Below, one piece after another: positions 26,554 to 37,256 of a DNA stretch of 64,000 bases (position 1 is its first letter; each line of letters starts with the position of its first letter). Both the position numbers and the translations under genes were made by a program. Source of the DNA: Candidatus Eiseniibacteriota bacterium (GTDB lineage Bacteria; Eisenbacteria; RBG-16-71-46; CAIMUX01; VGJL01). The stretch covers positions 448,001 through 512,000 of the forward strand of contig CAWBWI010000001.1 of the NCBI GenBank assembly GCA_963792585.1. The letters run 5' to 3'. Under the pieces are notes generated by a model. The model was not told where the DNA came from, made no database searches, and worked only from the letters and a program-made list of their open reading frames with translations.

Positions 26554-29264
26554 ATGAAGTCGTCCAGGTGCCTCCCTGGGATGGCTTTGCTTTGGGTGCC
26601 GTCCTCGTCCTCGTCCCGGGCCTCGCCTCAGCCCAAGGGTCAGAACACGGGTTCGATCACCGGCAAGGTCACGGACGACGGACGGGAAACCGCTTCCCGT
26701 ACGCGAACGTCGTGATTCTCGGGACCGGCGTGGGGCGGCATGTCGAGCGACACCGGCGCCTTCACCATCAAGAACGTGCCGGTCGGCAACTACTCCGTGA
26801 AGGTCATGCTCATCGGGTACGAGGACCAGACCGTCGGCGACGTTCGCGTCGACAAGGGCGCGGCGACACAACGTCGATTTCAAGGTCGAAGCAGAAGGTC
26901 GTCGGCGTCATGGACATGGTTGAGATCACCGCCGCCCGGCAGCGGATCAAGCTGAAGTCGACGGAACAGGGACACAACATCAACTCGAAGGACATGGAGA
27001 ACATGCCGGTCGACGAGATCACGGAGCTGATCGGCCTGAAGGCCGGTGTCGTCGCGCAGGGCGGGGAGCTGCATTTCCGTGGAGGACGCGGGGGCGAGGT
27101 CCAGTACCAGGTCGACGGCGTGCCCGTGCGCGATCCCCTCGTCGGCGGCGGCGTCAGCCTCGCCGCGCTCGCCATCGAGAGCGCCGACGTGATCATGGGC
27201 GGGCTCGACGCTCAGTACGGCAACGCCCAGTCCGGGCGTCATCAACTACAAGACGAAGGAAGGCGGCCAGAGCCTCGAGGGGGAAATCTACTACCTGACG
27301 GACGACTACGGCCAGCCGGACAACACGTACGACAACCTGGACCGCGTGTTCCTGCGGACTCGGCGGGCCGTCCCCGATCAAGGACCTGACCTACTACATC
27401 TCCGGCGAGGGAACCTATCGGACGGCTATCCAAAGACGACCGAGCGACGGTCCCGGCACAGGATTCTGAACTTCATCTCCGTCGGCGATCGAAAGAGCAA
27501 CAACGTCCGCTTGCAGGGGAAGCTCGCCTACCGGATCGGCCCGTCCTACAAGCTGACGGCCGAGGTGATCAACAACGACCGCGAGGTACGACAGTTACTA
27601 CCACTCGTGGAGCCGGGACGGCTACGTCCAGACCTTCCGTCGACACGACCCAGACCGGCGAGATCGTGCTCCGCCACGGCCGCTGGTCTCCGATCCCAGG
27701 TCGACTCGACCTACGAGTACTACAACGCCGCCGAGCACACCCCGAACTACGAGAACAACTTCAACCAGGTGAAGGTCGTCTGGACCCACACGATCGACGC
27801 CATCGACCTTCTACTCGGTCAAGCTCATCGGAAGCCAGCTTCGTCGCTCGACCAGCGGGTGCGGGGCAAGGAGCCGTGGGAGTACGACGGCACGAGCTTC
27901 CGCGACTTCTACTACAACTACCTGCGACAACGAATCGAGCGACTTCTTCGTCACCTGGGGCGACTATCCGCATTCTTCGCGCACCGTGACACGCAGGTCC
28001 TGACGGGCAAGATGGACCTCACGAAGAAGTACAAGCGCCACACGTTCCAGACCGGGCTCGACGGGACCTACAACGACATGCGCTACTTGCAGGTCGACCG
28101 TCCGTACCAGACGAGCGCGACGGGGGAGATCGGCGCGACCCGGACGCGGTATCACTACTACAACCCCGAAGGCGCGGCCTACTTCCAGGATCGCTGGGAG
28201 CACGAGGGCATGGTGCTCAACATCGGGCTGCGCTACGACATCTTCAGCGTCGGCCAGCAGATTCCGATCAGCGAGGTGCGGGAGCGCGTGAAGAAGCAGT
28301 TCAGCCCGCGAATCGGGATCGCCTACCCCATCTCGGACCGGGACGTGTTCAGCTTCCACTATGGCCGCTTCTATCAGATCCCGGATCGGCAGTACATCTT
28401 CGACAACCGGAACGTCTTCGACGGCCGCGTGCGCGGGCAACCCGAACCTGACCAACGAGACGACCGTTTCCTACCAGGCCGGGATCCAGCACCTGTTCAG
28501 CGAGCTGGTGAGCGGGCAGTTCAGCGTCTACTACAAGGACATCTTCGGGCTCTTGACGACGGACGAGTATCCCGTTCTGGGCTCGGTCGGCAACATCCCG
28601 ACCTACGTGAACAAGGACTACGCCTCGGCCCGCGGATTCGAGGCGACGCTCCGGCGCGGCTTCGGGAACAACTTCCAGACCGAGGTGAACTACGCATTCG
28701 GCGTCGCCACGGGCGTCGGGAGCGACCCCAATGCGCGTCGTTCTCAGAACTTCGCATACCTGCCGGTTTCCGAACAGGCGCTTCCTTGGGACGTCCGGCA
28801 CACCCTGACGGCCCAGCTCTATCTCGCCAAACCGGGACTCTGGGGCGCGGGCTTCGTCTGGCAGTACTCGTCCGGATTCCCCTACACGCCGATCCTGCGC
28901 ACGACGCGCCAGATCGAGCCGGAGGTTGTCAACTCGCGGCAGGCTCCCGGGCCAGACCTCCCTCGACATCCAGGCCGAGAAGTACTACCAGGTGTGGGGG
29001 CAGCGCTTCAAGCTGTTCATGCAGAGCCGGAATGTGCTCGACGCGAAGAACATCACCGACATGTCACCCGGCAACGCCTTCACGGGACCCGCCCTCCGTG
29101 GCAACGACTACGAGATCTACTACACGGAGACGGGGCGCACCGGAGGCGCATATCTCGACGATGACACCAACGGTGATGGGATCGAGGACTTCGTGCCCCT
29201 GAACGACCCCCGGGTTTACGGTGACCCACGGTCGGTCCGAGTGGGCGTGTCGTTCAGCTTCTAG
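26554..29264 (+). CDS. TonB-dependent receptor with N-terminal carboxypeptidase-regulatory-like domain (many frameshifts)
   Basis: SD AAGGAG; GSITGKVTD, PYANV, GAFTIKNVPVGNY; plug LHFRGGRGGEVQYQVDGVPVRDP, GGLDAQYGNAQSG; YFQDRWE, SPRIGIAYPIS, NPNLTNETTVSY, DYASARGFE; C-terminus RSVRVGVSFSF. Confidence 0.88.
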
Positions 29265-29292
29265 GTCCGGGGTTGGAAGGAGAAGCGACGAG

Positions 29293-31764
29293 ATGCGAAG
29301 ATCAGCACCCTTGCTGACGGCCTTACTCCTGGCCGTCGCCGTGCTGGCTGTCTGCCCTCCTGCGGCGCGCGGCATGGAGCCGGCCGGACAGCGCGGGGGA
29401 CTTCCGGATGGGTCGAACATATACGCGATCCGCCAGCCGAACATTTTCTACCACAACGTCGGTCTTCTGAACCTGATGGTCACCAACGTAGGGGTCATCG
29501 GGAATCCAAGCTTCACCGACGGCGTGGCGGCCGGTTGGCGTGGAGGGGAGTACCTCTACGCCGCGGCGCTCTGGGTCGGCGCGATTGCGAGCGACAACCT
29601 GCCCTACGTCTCGACGGGGGCCTACGAATACGAATTCCGCCCGTCGCTCGACGCGGTCGACACGATCTACCCCGCGTACGAGGGAATCCAAGGCGGGAAC
29701 CGGCCGGGCTTCTCGACCGCACCTGACGATGACGGCGACGGCATGGTCGACGAGGATGCTCACAACGGCAAGGACGACGATCGCGACGGGTTGATCGACG
29801 AGGATTACTCGGCGATCTCGCAACAGGTGTTCTCCTGTGAGTACTGGGACTACACCCAGGAGGCGATCAACGCGTATCCCGAGCACCGGCCCTTGAACCT
29901 CCGCGTTCGGCAGAACAGCTTCGCCTGGTCGACCGAAGGTTCGAACGAGTTCGTCGGATTCGATTTCAAGATCATCAACGACGGCTTCGAGGTGTTGCGG
30001 CAGGTCTATATCGGCTTCTTCGTCGACTCCGATGTGGGTCCTAAAGAGACGCCGGGGTACTACACGGACGACCGTGGAAACCTCTACGCTCGCGACACCA
30101 CCGTGGTCGACGTGACGAACCAGTTCTCCTGCAATGATCGTGAGGGGAACCAGAAGCAGTGCAATCAGCAGCAACTGAGTCTGAACATCTGCTACATGTA
30201 CGACGTTCTGGATGACGGCTCGAGCGCCAACGGCGGCGACGTCGCCGGCTATTTCGGCGGTATGTTCCTCGGCCATACGACCGACCCGTTCGGGGTCTCC
30301 GCCCCGAGCAAGGTCACGGTGCATACGGCGCAGTTCTTCAGCGGTTCCGGCGCCTACCCGGCCGGCGACCCGCGCAACGACTTCGAACGCTACGACTTGC
30401 TGTCGAGCGGTTCCCAGATCCGGCGACCGACCGGCCAGCCGGGAGACTACCGGTATCTGTTCAGCGCGGGGCCGTTCGCGGAACTGAGTCCGGGCAGCGA
30501 ACTCGAACTGCAAACGGCCTTCGTGATCGGAACCGGCCAGGTGGGCATGCTCCGCAATGCGGTCAATGCGCAGAAGATCTACAACGGATCCTGGCGCGAC
30601 GTCGACAACAACAACATTACGGGGCGGGACGGCAAGGAGACGTGTCTCTTCATCCTTCCGGAACAGCCGCCGTTGATCTGGCGGGACCCGTGCGACAGCC
30701 TGAATCCGGAGAGCCGGGTCATCAAGGATACGGTGTGCCTCGAGAAGAACTACGTGGACAACGACTGCAATTGCTGCACGCCGCTCTATCAGAACAACCA
30801 GGAAGCGGCGACGTCGGGCAACGAAACGTTGATCCACTGGGTCGGCGACGTCGCTCCGCCGCCTCCGGGCACGAACATCGATCCGCAGCGGGATCCCTCG
30901 CTGAGCGTCGTCGCCCCGGGCGGCGACCGCAGGGTCATTCTCCAGTGGGACAATCTCTCGGAACTCTCCGCCTCGCCGATCCAGCGAAAGATCCTCTTCA
31001 CCGGCTACCGCATATGGCGCGTGGAAGGGTGGACTCGACCGGTCGGATCCGTGGGTCCGGCGCCGGAGGATTGGCAGTTGATCGCCGATCTTTCGCTCCG
31101 GCCGCCCGACTCGCTCCACTCGGAGAGTCCGTACTTCCTCGCCAAGTACCGCCGCCGTCCACCGGTCGGACCCGACTCGCTCTATTCCGTCCTCACGGGA
31201 TCGCAGATTCCGGGGGAGGAGATACGCTGGTACTACCCGGCGGGTCACTACCAGTTCGAGGACACCCTGGGACTCAAGAACGGGATGACCTACTTCTATG
31301 ACGTCACGGCCTACAGCGCATGGAACGACGAGGTGGGACGCCACTTCGAGCTCTCCGGTCGCCCCGCGTCGTCGGAGAAAGACGCGGTAGTCCCCCGGTG
31401 GGAAGCGACGGAAGCGGGCGAGGACGTCATCGTCGTGCCGGATCCCTACGTCCGGGGAGGGCAGCCCGGGGGCTGGGACCTGACGCCTTCGGACGTCGAT
31501 CCGACGGGGACGAAGATCGCATTCGCGAATCTTCCCCGCGGCGACTGCACAGTGAAGATCTACACGCTCTCGGGGGACCTCGTTCAGACCCTTTCGAACG
31601 ACGGCCGCCGGGGGAGCGGGACGGTTTTCTGGAACCTGATCTCGCGGAACGGCCAGGACATTGTGAGCGGGGTTTACCTGTACTCGGTTGAGTGCAAGGA
31701 CTGCGCGGAAGGCGTGAAGGGCTGCGGCGGTCGGAAGATCGGGCGCTTCACGGTCATTCGGTAG
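29293..31764 (+). CDS. Large secreted protein with DxDxDG Ca-binding repeats, an FN3-like module and a T9SS/FlgD-Ig-like C-terminal domain
   Basis: Signal peptide; HNVGLLNLMVTNVG; DDDGDGMVDED..NGKDDDRDGLIDED; VILQWD..FTGYRIWR..TYFYDVTAY; VVPDPY..IAFANLP..VKIYTLSGDLV..WNLISRNGQDIVSGVYLY..GRFTVIR. Confidence 0.8.
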   Translation: MRRSAPLLTALLLAVAVLAVCPPAARGMEPAGQRGGLPDGSNIYAIRQPNIFYHNVGLLNLMVTNVGVIGNPSFTDGVAAGWRGGEYLYAAALWVGAIASDNLPYVSTGAYEYEFRPSLDAVDTIYPAYEGIQGGNRPGFSTAPDDDGDGMVDEDAHNGKDDDRDGLIDEDYSAISQQVFSCEYWDYTQEAINAYPEHRPLNLRVRQNSFAWSTEGSNEFVGFDFKIINDGFEVLRQVYIGFFVDSDVGPKETPGYYTDDRGNLYARDTTVVDVTNQFSCNDREGNQKQCNQQQLSLNICYMYDVLDDGSSANGGDVAGYFGGMFLGHTTDPFGVSAPSKVTVHTAQFFSGSGAYPAGDPRNDFERYDLLSSGSQIRRPTGQPGDYRYLFSAGPFAELSPGSELELQTAFVIGTGQVGMLRNAVNAQKIYNGSWRDVDNNNITGRDGKETCLFILPEQPPLIWRDPCDSLNPESRVIKDTVCLEKNYVDNDCNCCTPLYQNNQEAATSGNETLIHWVGDVAPPPPGTNIDPQRDPSLSVVAPGGDRRVILQWDNLSELSASPIQRKILFTGYRIWRVEGWTRPVGSVGPAPEDWQLIADLSLRPPDSLHSESPYFLAKYRRRPPVGPDSLYSVLTGSQIPGEEIRWYYPAGHYQFEDTLGLKNGMTYFYDVTAYSAWNDEVGRHFELSGRPASSEKDAVVPRWEATEAGEDVIVVPDPYVRGGQPGGWDLTPSDVDPTGTKIAFANLPRGDCTVKIYTLSGDLVQTLSNDGRRGSGTVFWNLISRNGQDIVSGVYLYSVECKDCAEGVKGCGGRKIGRFTVIR

Positions 31765-31769
31765 GGGGT

Positions 31770-32744
31770 ATGAAGATGAACGGGAAGACGTTGGTTAGAA
31801 TGATCGGGACGCGCAGAACCGTCTGCCTTCTGGCCCTCCTACTGGGACTGCCCTCGTTGGCGGGTGCTGCGCAGGAATTCGAGAAGGTCGGAACGATCGG
31901 TGGCCAGTTCCTGAAGATCGGCATCGGGGCGCGCGCCACCGCGATGGGAGGAGCCTTCGTCTCCGTCGCGGACGACGCGTCGGCGATCTACTGGAATACG
32001 GCCGGCATCGCACGGATCCAGAAGAACGTGATCAACATCAATCATACGCAGTGGCTTGCCGACGTGAAGTTCACCCAGGCGGCCTATCTATTCCACATCG
32101 GGTTCCTGCCGGGGACCTTCGCGGTCAATGCGCGGAGCCTCTACATGGACTCCCAGCCGGTCCGGACCGTATTCCGGCCCGACGGGGAAGGAAAGACCTT
32201 CGACGCGGGCGACGTCGCCTTCGGCGTGAGCTACGGTCGGTCGTTGACGGACAAGTTCTCCGCGGGAATCTCGGCCAACTATGTGCAGTCGACGCTCGCG
32301 ACCTACTCGTCGAACGCGACGACGTTCGACTTCGGAACCCTGTACGACACCGGCTACCGTTCCTTGAAGATCGGCATGGCGATCCAGAATCTCGGAAGCG
32401 ACATGAAGTTCATCGAGGATACGGCGAAGATGCCCACGGTGTTCCGGGTGGGGATGTCGATGAACCTGTACGAGGATGCGAGCAATCGGTTCCTCTCTTC
32501 CGCGGAGTTCAGCCATCCGCCCGACAACAACGAGCGTGCGAACCTCGGTATGGAGTACGGCTTCAAGGAGTTCTTCTTCGTGCGGGGCGGTTACCTGTAC
32601 AAGTACGATCTCGAGCGGTTCTCGGCCGGTGTCGGTTTCAAGATCCCCTCGAGCCTGAATTCCGAGGCGACCGTCGACTATTCGTACACGGACATGAGCG
32701 CCCTGGGTGGGGTGCATCGCGTCTCCATCGACTTCCGCTTCTAG
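31770..32744 (+). CDS. PorV/PorQ-family (UPF0164-like) outer-membrane beta-barrel
   Basis: GGQFLKIGIGARATAMGGAF..DDASAIYWNTAG, FDFG, GMAIQNLG, RGGY, DYSY; ends HRVSIDFRF. Confidence 0.85.
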   Translation: MKMNGKTLVRMIGTRRTVCLLALLLGLPSLAGAAQEFEKVGTIGGQFLKIGIGARATAMGGAFVSVADDASAIYWNTAGIARIQKNVININHTQWLADVKFTQAAYLFHIGFLPGTFAVNARSLYMDSQPVRTVFRPDGEGKTFDAGDVAFGVSYGRSLTDKFSAGISANYVQSTLATYSSNATTFDFGTLYDTGYRSLKIGMAIQNLGSDMKFIEDTAKMPTVFRVGMSMNLYEDASNRFLSSAEFSHPPDNNERANLGMEYGFKEFFFVRGGYLYKYDLERFSAGVGFKIPSSLNSEATVDYSYTDMSALGGVHRVSIDFRF

Positions 32745-32753
32745 TGCATCATT

Positions 32754-32780
32754 CGGGGCCCCCGCCCAGCGGGGGCCCCG
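32754..32780 (+). promoter_or_regulatory. 12-bp perfect GC hairpin between the PorV-like and GWxTD genes
   Basis: CGGGGCCCCCGC-CCA-GCGGGGGCCCCG; no immediate U-tract; abuts the SD GGAGG. Confidence 0.7.
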
Positions 32781-32789
32781 GAGGTTTCC

Positions 32790-34208
32790 ATGTTCTCCTA
32801 CTGGCCGGCCGTTCTGATCGCCGGGATCCTCCCCTTCGGAGGCGGCCCGGACGCGGGGTCGTTCCCCGCGTCGGCGCGCGGAGACATTCGTTTCGAGCTC
32901 GATGCGGCCCGGTTTGCATCTCCTTCCGATTCCCCGCTGGAAATCTACCTATCCATCCCGCAGGCCGCTCTCACCCCGAGTCCCGATTCCTTGTCCACCG
33001 CGCGCATCTCACTCGAGGTCCGGTTCGAGAACGGACATGGGGACGAGATCGGACGCGCCCGAGACGAGATGCGGGTCCCGCTGACCCGAGACGTGGATGG
33101 CGATGTCGTTCTGGCCCCGAGGCCTCTTTTGACCCTGCGGCCCAAGGCGCCCGAGGGGACCCAGCAGGTTCTCGTGCGCATCGAGGATCTGTCGGGGATC
33201 AAAGGGGGAGTGCTCGATCGGATGCGCCACCGCAAGCCGTACGGGGAGGCGCGCGGTCGATTCGATGAGGCGAAGCCGCCGTGCAGCGCGTCCGACATCG
33301 TCTTCGCCTGGGATATCGATCGTTCCTCCGCCTCGTCCTCGCTCCGTCGACGGATCCAGCCGAATCCTCTGCGTTACTACGGCCTCTACCACACGACCTT
33401 GCTCCTCTACGCGGAGCGGTACGGTGTGGAAGGAGGAATCGACTATCGGATCCTCCGGGGCACCGACGGCCAACTCGTCGCCAGTGGGAGCGACACGGCC
33501 CGCGCGGACGCAGGGGGCGTCGCCGGGTATCTCCTGAGGACCGACATCTCGCGACTCGCCGCGGGGGCCTATCGAATCGAACTGCGGGCATCGGGCGACG
33601 ACACCTGCGCCGTCTCCGCGGCCTTCGAGGTTCTCTGGGATTCCGCTTCGTGGAATCAGGACCAGCAGGCCTTGCTCGAGCAGGCGTTCGTCCTGCTGGG
33701 CCCGGCCGAATACGAGCGGGTCCAGGACATGTCCCGGGGCGAGGTCGAAGCATATATGCGCGAGCTCTGGGGACGGCACGACCCGAACCCCTCCACGGGA
33801 ATGAACGAACTCGAGGAGACCTATCGGACGCGGGTGGAACATGCGAATCGCTTCTACGGGACGAGCTTCCGCAGAGGAATGCTCACGGACCGGGGGCGTG
33901 TCTACATCCGGTACGGGGCCCCCGACGAAATCACCAAGGAGTTGAATCCCCAGGACGAGGAGATGCTCGCAAAGATCCTCCCGGGGGAGGTCGCGACGGA
34001 CAGGGTCGATATTATCCGGAATCCGCAGCCTCGGAATGTGCGCGACGATAGCGCCTACGAAGTCTGGGCCTACCAGATCCGCGGGGAGCCGCTCTTCCCC
34101 GAGCAGGAAGCTCCGGTCCAGCGAACCGGGATCAAGTTCCTGTTCGTGGATGACATGGGATATGGCGACATGCGCCTCGTATATACAAACCTCTCGGGCG
34201 CGTTCTAG
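32790..34208 (+). CDS. GWxTD domain-containing protein
   Basis: W..HDPNPST..NE..E.Y..RVEHAN..Y....GMLTDRGRVYIRYGAPD, YEVWAY, FLFVD. Confidence 0.88.
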   Translation: MFSYWPAVLIAGILPFGGGPDAGSFPASARGDIRFELDAARFASPSDSPLEIYLSIPQAALTPSPDSLSTARISLEVRFENGHGDEIGRARDEMRVPLTRDVDGDVVLAPRPLLTLRPKAPEGTQQVLVRIEDLSGIKGGVLDRMRHRKPYGEARGRFDEAKPPCSASDIVFAWDIDRSSASSSLRRRIQPNPLRYYGLYHTTLLLYAERYGVEGGIDYRILRGTDGQLVASGSDTARADAGGVAGYLLRTDISRLAAGAYRIELRASGDDTCAVSAAFEVLWDSASWNQDQQALLEQAFVLLGPAEYERVQDMSRGEVEAYMRELWGRHDPNPSTGMNELEETYRTRVEHANRFYGTSFRRGMLTDRGRVYIRYGAPDEITKELNPQDEEMLAKILPGEVATDRVDIIRNPQPRNVRDDSAYEVWAYQIRGEPLFPEQEAPVQRTGIKFLFVDDMGYGDMRLVYTNLSGAF

Positions 34209-34237
34209 GGACCGATGGGAGAATGGGGGGGAACAGG

Positions 34238-35437
34238 ATGCCCAAGCTGATCGTGAGCGATGTCGATGTCGCGGGTCGGAAGATTCTCGTTCGGGTCGAC
34301 TTCAACGTCCCGCTGCAGAACGGCAAGGTCACGGATGACACCCGCATCCGCGCCTCCCTCCCAACGATTCGGTACCTGATCGGCAAAGGTGCCCGCACCA
34401 TTCTTGCCTCGCACCTTGGCCGGCCCAAGAAGGGAGCCGATCCTGCGCTGAGCCTGAGGCCCGTCGCGCAGCGGCTCGCGGAGTTGCTCGGCAGCGACGT
34501 GGCCTTCGCCGACGATTGCGTGGGCGCGCCCGTGGCGGACGCGGTGTCGCGGCTCGCGCCCGGAGGCGTCCTTCTGCTCGAGAATCTCCGCTTCCATCCC
34601 GAGGAAGAGAAGAACGATGCCGACTTCGCGCGCCTCCTCGCCTCGCCCGCAGAGATCTATGTGAACGACGCGTTCGGGAGCGCGCACAGGGCGCACGCCT
34701 CGACCGAAGGAGTGACCCACTTCCTGCGTCCGTGTGCCGCCGGCTACCTGATGGAGAAGGAGTTGACCTATCTGGGGCATGCCCTCGAGTCCCCGAAGCG
34801 TCCCTTCATCGCGGTTCTCGGTGGATCGAAGATCTCCGGGAAGATCGATGTCATCGAGCAGCTTCTTCCGAAGGTCGACGCGCTCTTGATCGGGGGCGCG
34901 ATGATGTTCACCTTCCTCCGGGCGAAAGGTCTAGGTACGGGCGCCTCTCTGGTCGAGGAAGACCGGATCCCGGTCGCCGGCCGTCTCCTCGCGGACGCCC
35001 AGGCGAGGGGCCTCTCGCTGCAACTGCCGGTGGATTGCCGCATCGCGTCCTCGGTCGACGGCAGCGACCCCGGATCCATCGTGGACGTCGGCGCCATCCC
35101 CGACGGGAAGATCGGCGTCGACATCGGTCCGGCGACGGTGGCGGCCTATGCGGAGCTCCTCTCCGGGGCCGGGACGGTCCTCTGGAACGGCCCCATGGGC
35201 ATCTTCGAAGTTCCCGCGTACGCTCAGGGAACGCTGGCCATTGCGAAGGCGCTCGCCGTCGCGACCGGCAAGGGGGCGACCACGATCGTCGGGGGAGGCG
35301 ACTCGGCGGCGGCGATCGCGCAGGCGGGACTCGCAGACGCGGTGAGCCATGTCTCCACGGGGGGAGGCGCCTCGCTCGAGTTCCTCGAGGGGAAGGTGTT
35401 GCCCGGCGTGGCGGCCCTGACCGAGAAAGGGGCGTGA
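34238..35437 (+). CDS. pgk: Phosphoglycerate kinase
   Basis: [42 protein letters not shown]. Confidence 0.98.
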   Translation: MPKLIVSDVDVAGRKILVRVDFNVPLQNGKVTDDTRIRASLPTIRYLIGKGARTILASHLGRPKKGADPALSLRPVAQRLAELLGSDVAFADDCVGAPVADAVSRLAPGGVLLLENLRFHPEEEKNDADFARLLASPAEIYVNDAFGSAHRAHASTEGVTHFLRPCAAGYLMEKELTYLGHALESPKRPFIAVLGGSKISGKIDVIEQLLPKVDALLIGGAMMFTFLRAKGLGTGASLVEEDRIPVAGRLLADAQARGLSLQLPVDCRIASSVDGSDPGSIVDVGAIPDGKIGVDIGPATVAAYAELLSGAGTVLWNGPMGIFEVPAYAQGTLAIAKALAVATGKGATTIVGGGDSAAAIAQAGLADAVSHVSTGGGASLEFLEGKVLPGVAALTEKGA

Positions 35438-35441
35438 TCTC

Positions 35442-36215
35442 GTGAGGAAGCGACTCGTCGCCGGGAACTGGAAGATGAACGGAACCCTCGGCGAAACGCG
35501 CCGCCTTCTGGAGGGGATCTCGAAGGACCTTGCCGATCTGCCGGAACGGACTGACCTGCTCGTCATTCCCCCCTTCACGGCTTTGGCCGAGGCAGGCCGG
35601 ATTCTCCGCGAACGCGCCCCGGCGATTGCGCTTGGAGCCCAGGACCTTCATGCGGAGGCAAAGGGAGCGTTCACGGGGGAGATCTCCGGAGGGATGTTGC
35701 GGGATCTCGGTTGCGCCTATGTCCTGGTCGGACACTCCGAGCGCCGCACGTACTTCGCCGAGAAGGGGGAGACCTTGCTGAAGAAGCTCGAGGCGGCGTT
35801 GCGCGACGGCCTGGTCCCGATCCTCTGCATCGGGGAGAACCTCCAGGAGCGGGAGTCCGAGAGGACGCACGCGGTGCTCGATGCCCAGCTCGAAGAGACT
35901 CTCTTTCGACTCGACGCCGAGGAGGCGGGCGGGGTGGTACTGGCCTACGAACCGGTCTGGGCGATCGGCACCGGCCGGACAGCCACGCCGGAGCAGGCAG
36001 AGGAGGCGCACGCCCACCTGCGGGGCAGGGTCCAGACGAAGCTCGGGAGGGGCGCCGCCCAGGCCGTCCGAATCCTCTATGGGGGGAGCGTGACCGCGGC
36101 CAACGCAGCGTCCCTGATGGCCCGTCCGGGGGTCGACGGAGCCCTCGTGGGGGGGGCCAGCCTCAAGGCGGAGGATTTCTTGGCGATTGCACGCGGGGCC
36201 GCGTTGGGGTCTTGA
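35442..36215 (+). CDS. tpiA: Triosephosphate isomerase
   Basis: [29 protein letters not shown]. Confidence 0.98.
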   Translation: MRKRLVAGNWKMNGTLGETRRLLEGISKDLADLPERTDLLVIPPFTALAEAGRILRERAPAIALGAQDLHAEAKGAFTGEISGGMLRDLGCAYVLVGHSERRTYFAEKGETLLKKLEAALRDGLVPILCIGENLQERESERTHAVLDAQLEETLFRLDAEEAGGVVLAYEPVWAIGTGRTATPEQAEEAHAHLRGRVQTKLGRGAAQAVRILYGGSVTAANAASLMARPGVDGALVGGASLKAEDFLAIARGAALGS

Positions 36216-36241
36216 CGAAGTGCGGCCCGGCTGGGTATCGT
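36212..36241 (+). promoter_or_regulatory. Possible sigma70 promoter for secG-tRNA-Leu
   Basis: TTGACG-N18-TATCGT. Confidence 0.4.
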
Positions 36242-36275
36242 CAGGCTTTGCCCAAATGACGAAAGGCGGAACTTG

Positions 36276-36647
36276 ATGCTGTACGCGATCATATTGATCT
36301 TGCACATCTTGGTCGCCATCTTGCTGATGGCGGTCGTCTTGATGCAGACGGGACGCGGCGGCGCCATGGGCTCGACGTTTGGAGGGGGAGGCGGCAACCA
36401 GACCCTCTTTGGCGGCCGGGGCGCGACGAGTTTTCTGACGAAGGCGACTTGGGTGCTCGGCGGCGGCTTCATGTTGACCAGCCTGATTCTCGCCCTCGCG
36501 ATCGGCCAGCGGCAGGGGACGACCGGGCCCCGGAGCTTGCTTCGCGAAAACCCGATCTCCATTCCGGCAGGCTCGGCTCCGGCGGCGCCGGGCGGAGCTC
36601 CCGCCACGGGCGGAGACGCTCCCGCAAGCCCCGTCCAGCCGCGATAG
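36276..36647 (+). CDS. secG: Preprotein translocase subunit SecG
   Basis: VLMQ.GRGG..GSTFGGG..TLFG.RGA.SFLTKAT; tpiA-secG-tRNA-Leu synteny. Confidence 0.95.
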   Translation: MLYAIILILHILVAILLMAVVLMQTGRGGAMGSTFGGGGGNQTLFGGRGATSFLTKATWVLGGGFMLTSLILALAIGQRQGTTGPRSLLRENPISIPAGSAPAAPGGAPATGGDAPASPVQPR

Positions 36648-36665
36648 TCGACGACCGATGTCCCC

Positions 36666-36747
<82 letters not shown>

Positions 36748-36751
36748 AGCC

Positions 36752-36779
36752 AAGGGCCTCCCGATCGAGGGAGGCCCTT
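36752..36779 (+). terminator. Hairpin after tRNA-Leu (terminator or processing stem)
   Basis: AAGGGCCTCCC-GATCGA-GGGAGGCCCTT, 11-bp stem with weak U-tract. Confidence 0.7.
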
Positions 36780-36836
36780 CGCTGAATCCCCGATGGAACG
36801 CTCAAGCCGGCCGTCCTGCGGGTCGATAATTCGTTC

Positions 36837-37256
36837 GTGGAACATGTATCGTCAATCGCCGGCCGAGGGGCGGCCGTCCACGTGCTGATCGTGGATGACA
36901 ATCCGGAGATACTCGAGATCCTCACGGAACTCCTCGAGGAATACGGTTACCGCGTGACCTGCTGCACCGGTGGGCTTTCCGCGCTGCTGACCATCGGCCG
37001 GGCTCGCCCGGATCTGGTGTTACTCGACCTGAAGCTTGGCGACATTTCGGGCTTCGACGTCTGCCGCGCGCTCCGCGCAGAGCCGGCCTTCGCGGACCTG
37101 CCGATCATCTTCGTCTCGGGAGTGTTTCTCGATGAAGAGATGATCCGCGCGCGGTTGGGGGATGAGAAGGCCCGGCTGCTGCTGAAGCCGATCCCAGGCG
37201 AGGTTCTCGTCTCGGAGATCGAGCGGGTGGTCGCCGAGCGTCGGAAGGCCGCCTAG
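36837..37256 (+). CDS. Single-domain response regulator
   Basis: VLIVDD, PDLVLLD, GFDV, PIIFVS, LLKP. Confidence 0.9.
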   Translation: MEHVSSIAGRGAAVHVLIVDDNPEILEILTELLEEYGYRVTCCTGGLSALLTIGRARPDLVLLDLKLGDISGFDVCRALRAEPAFADLPIIFVSGVFLDEEMIRARLGDEKARLLLKPIPGEVLVSEIERVVAERRKAA

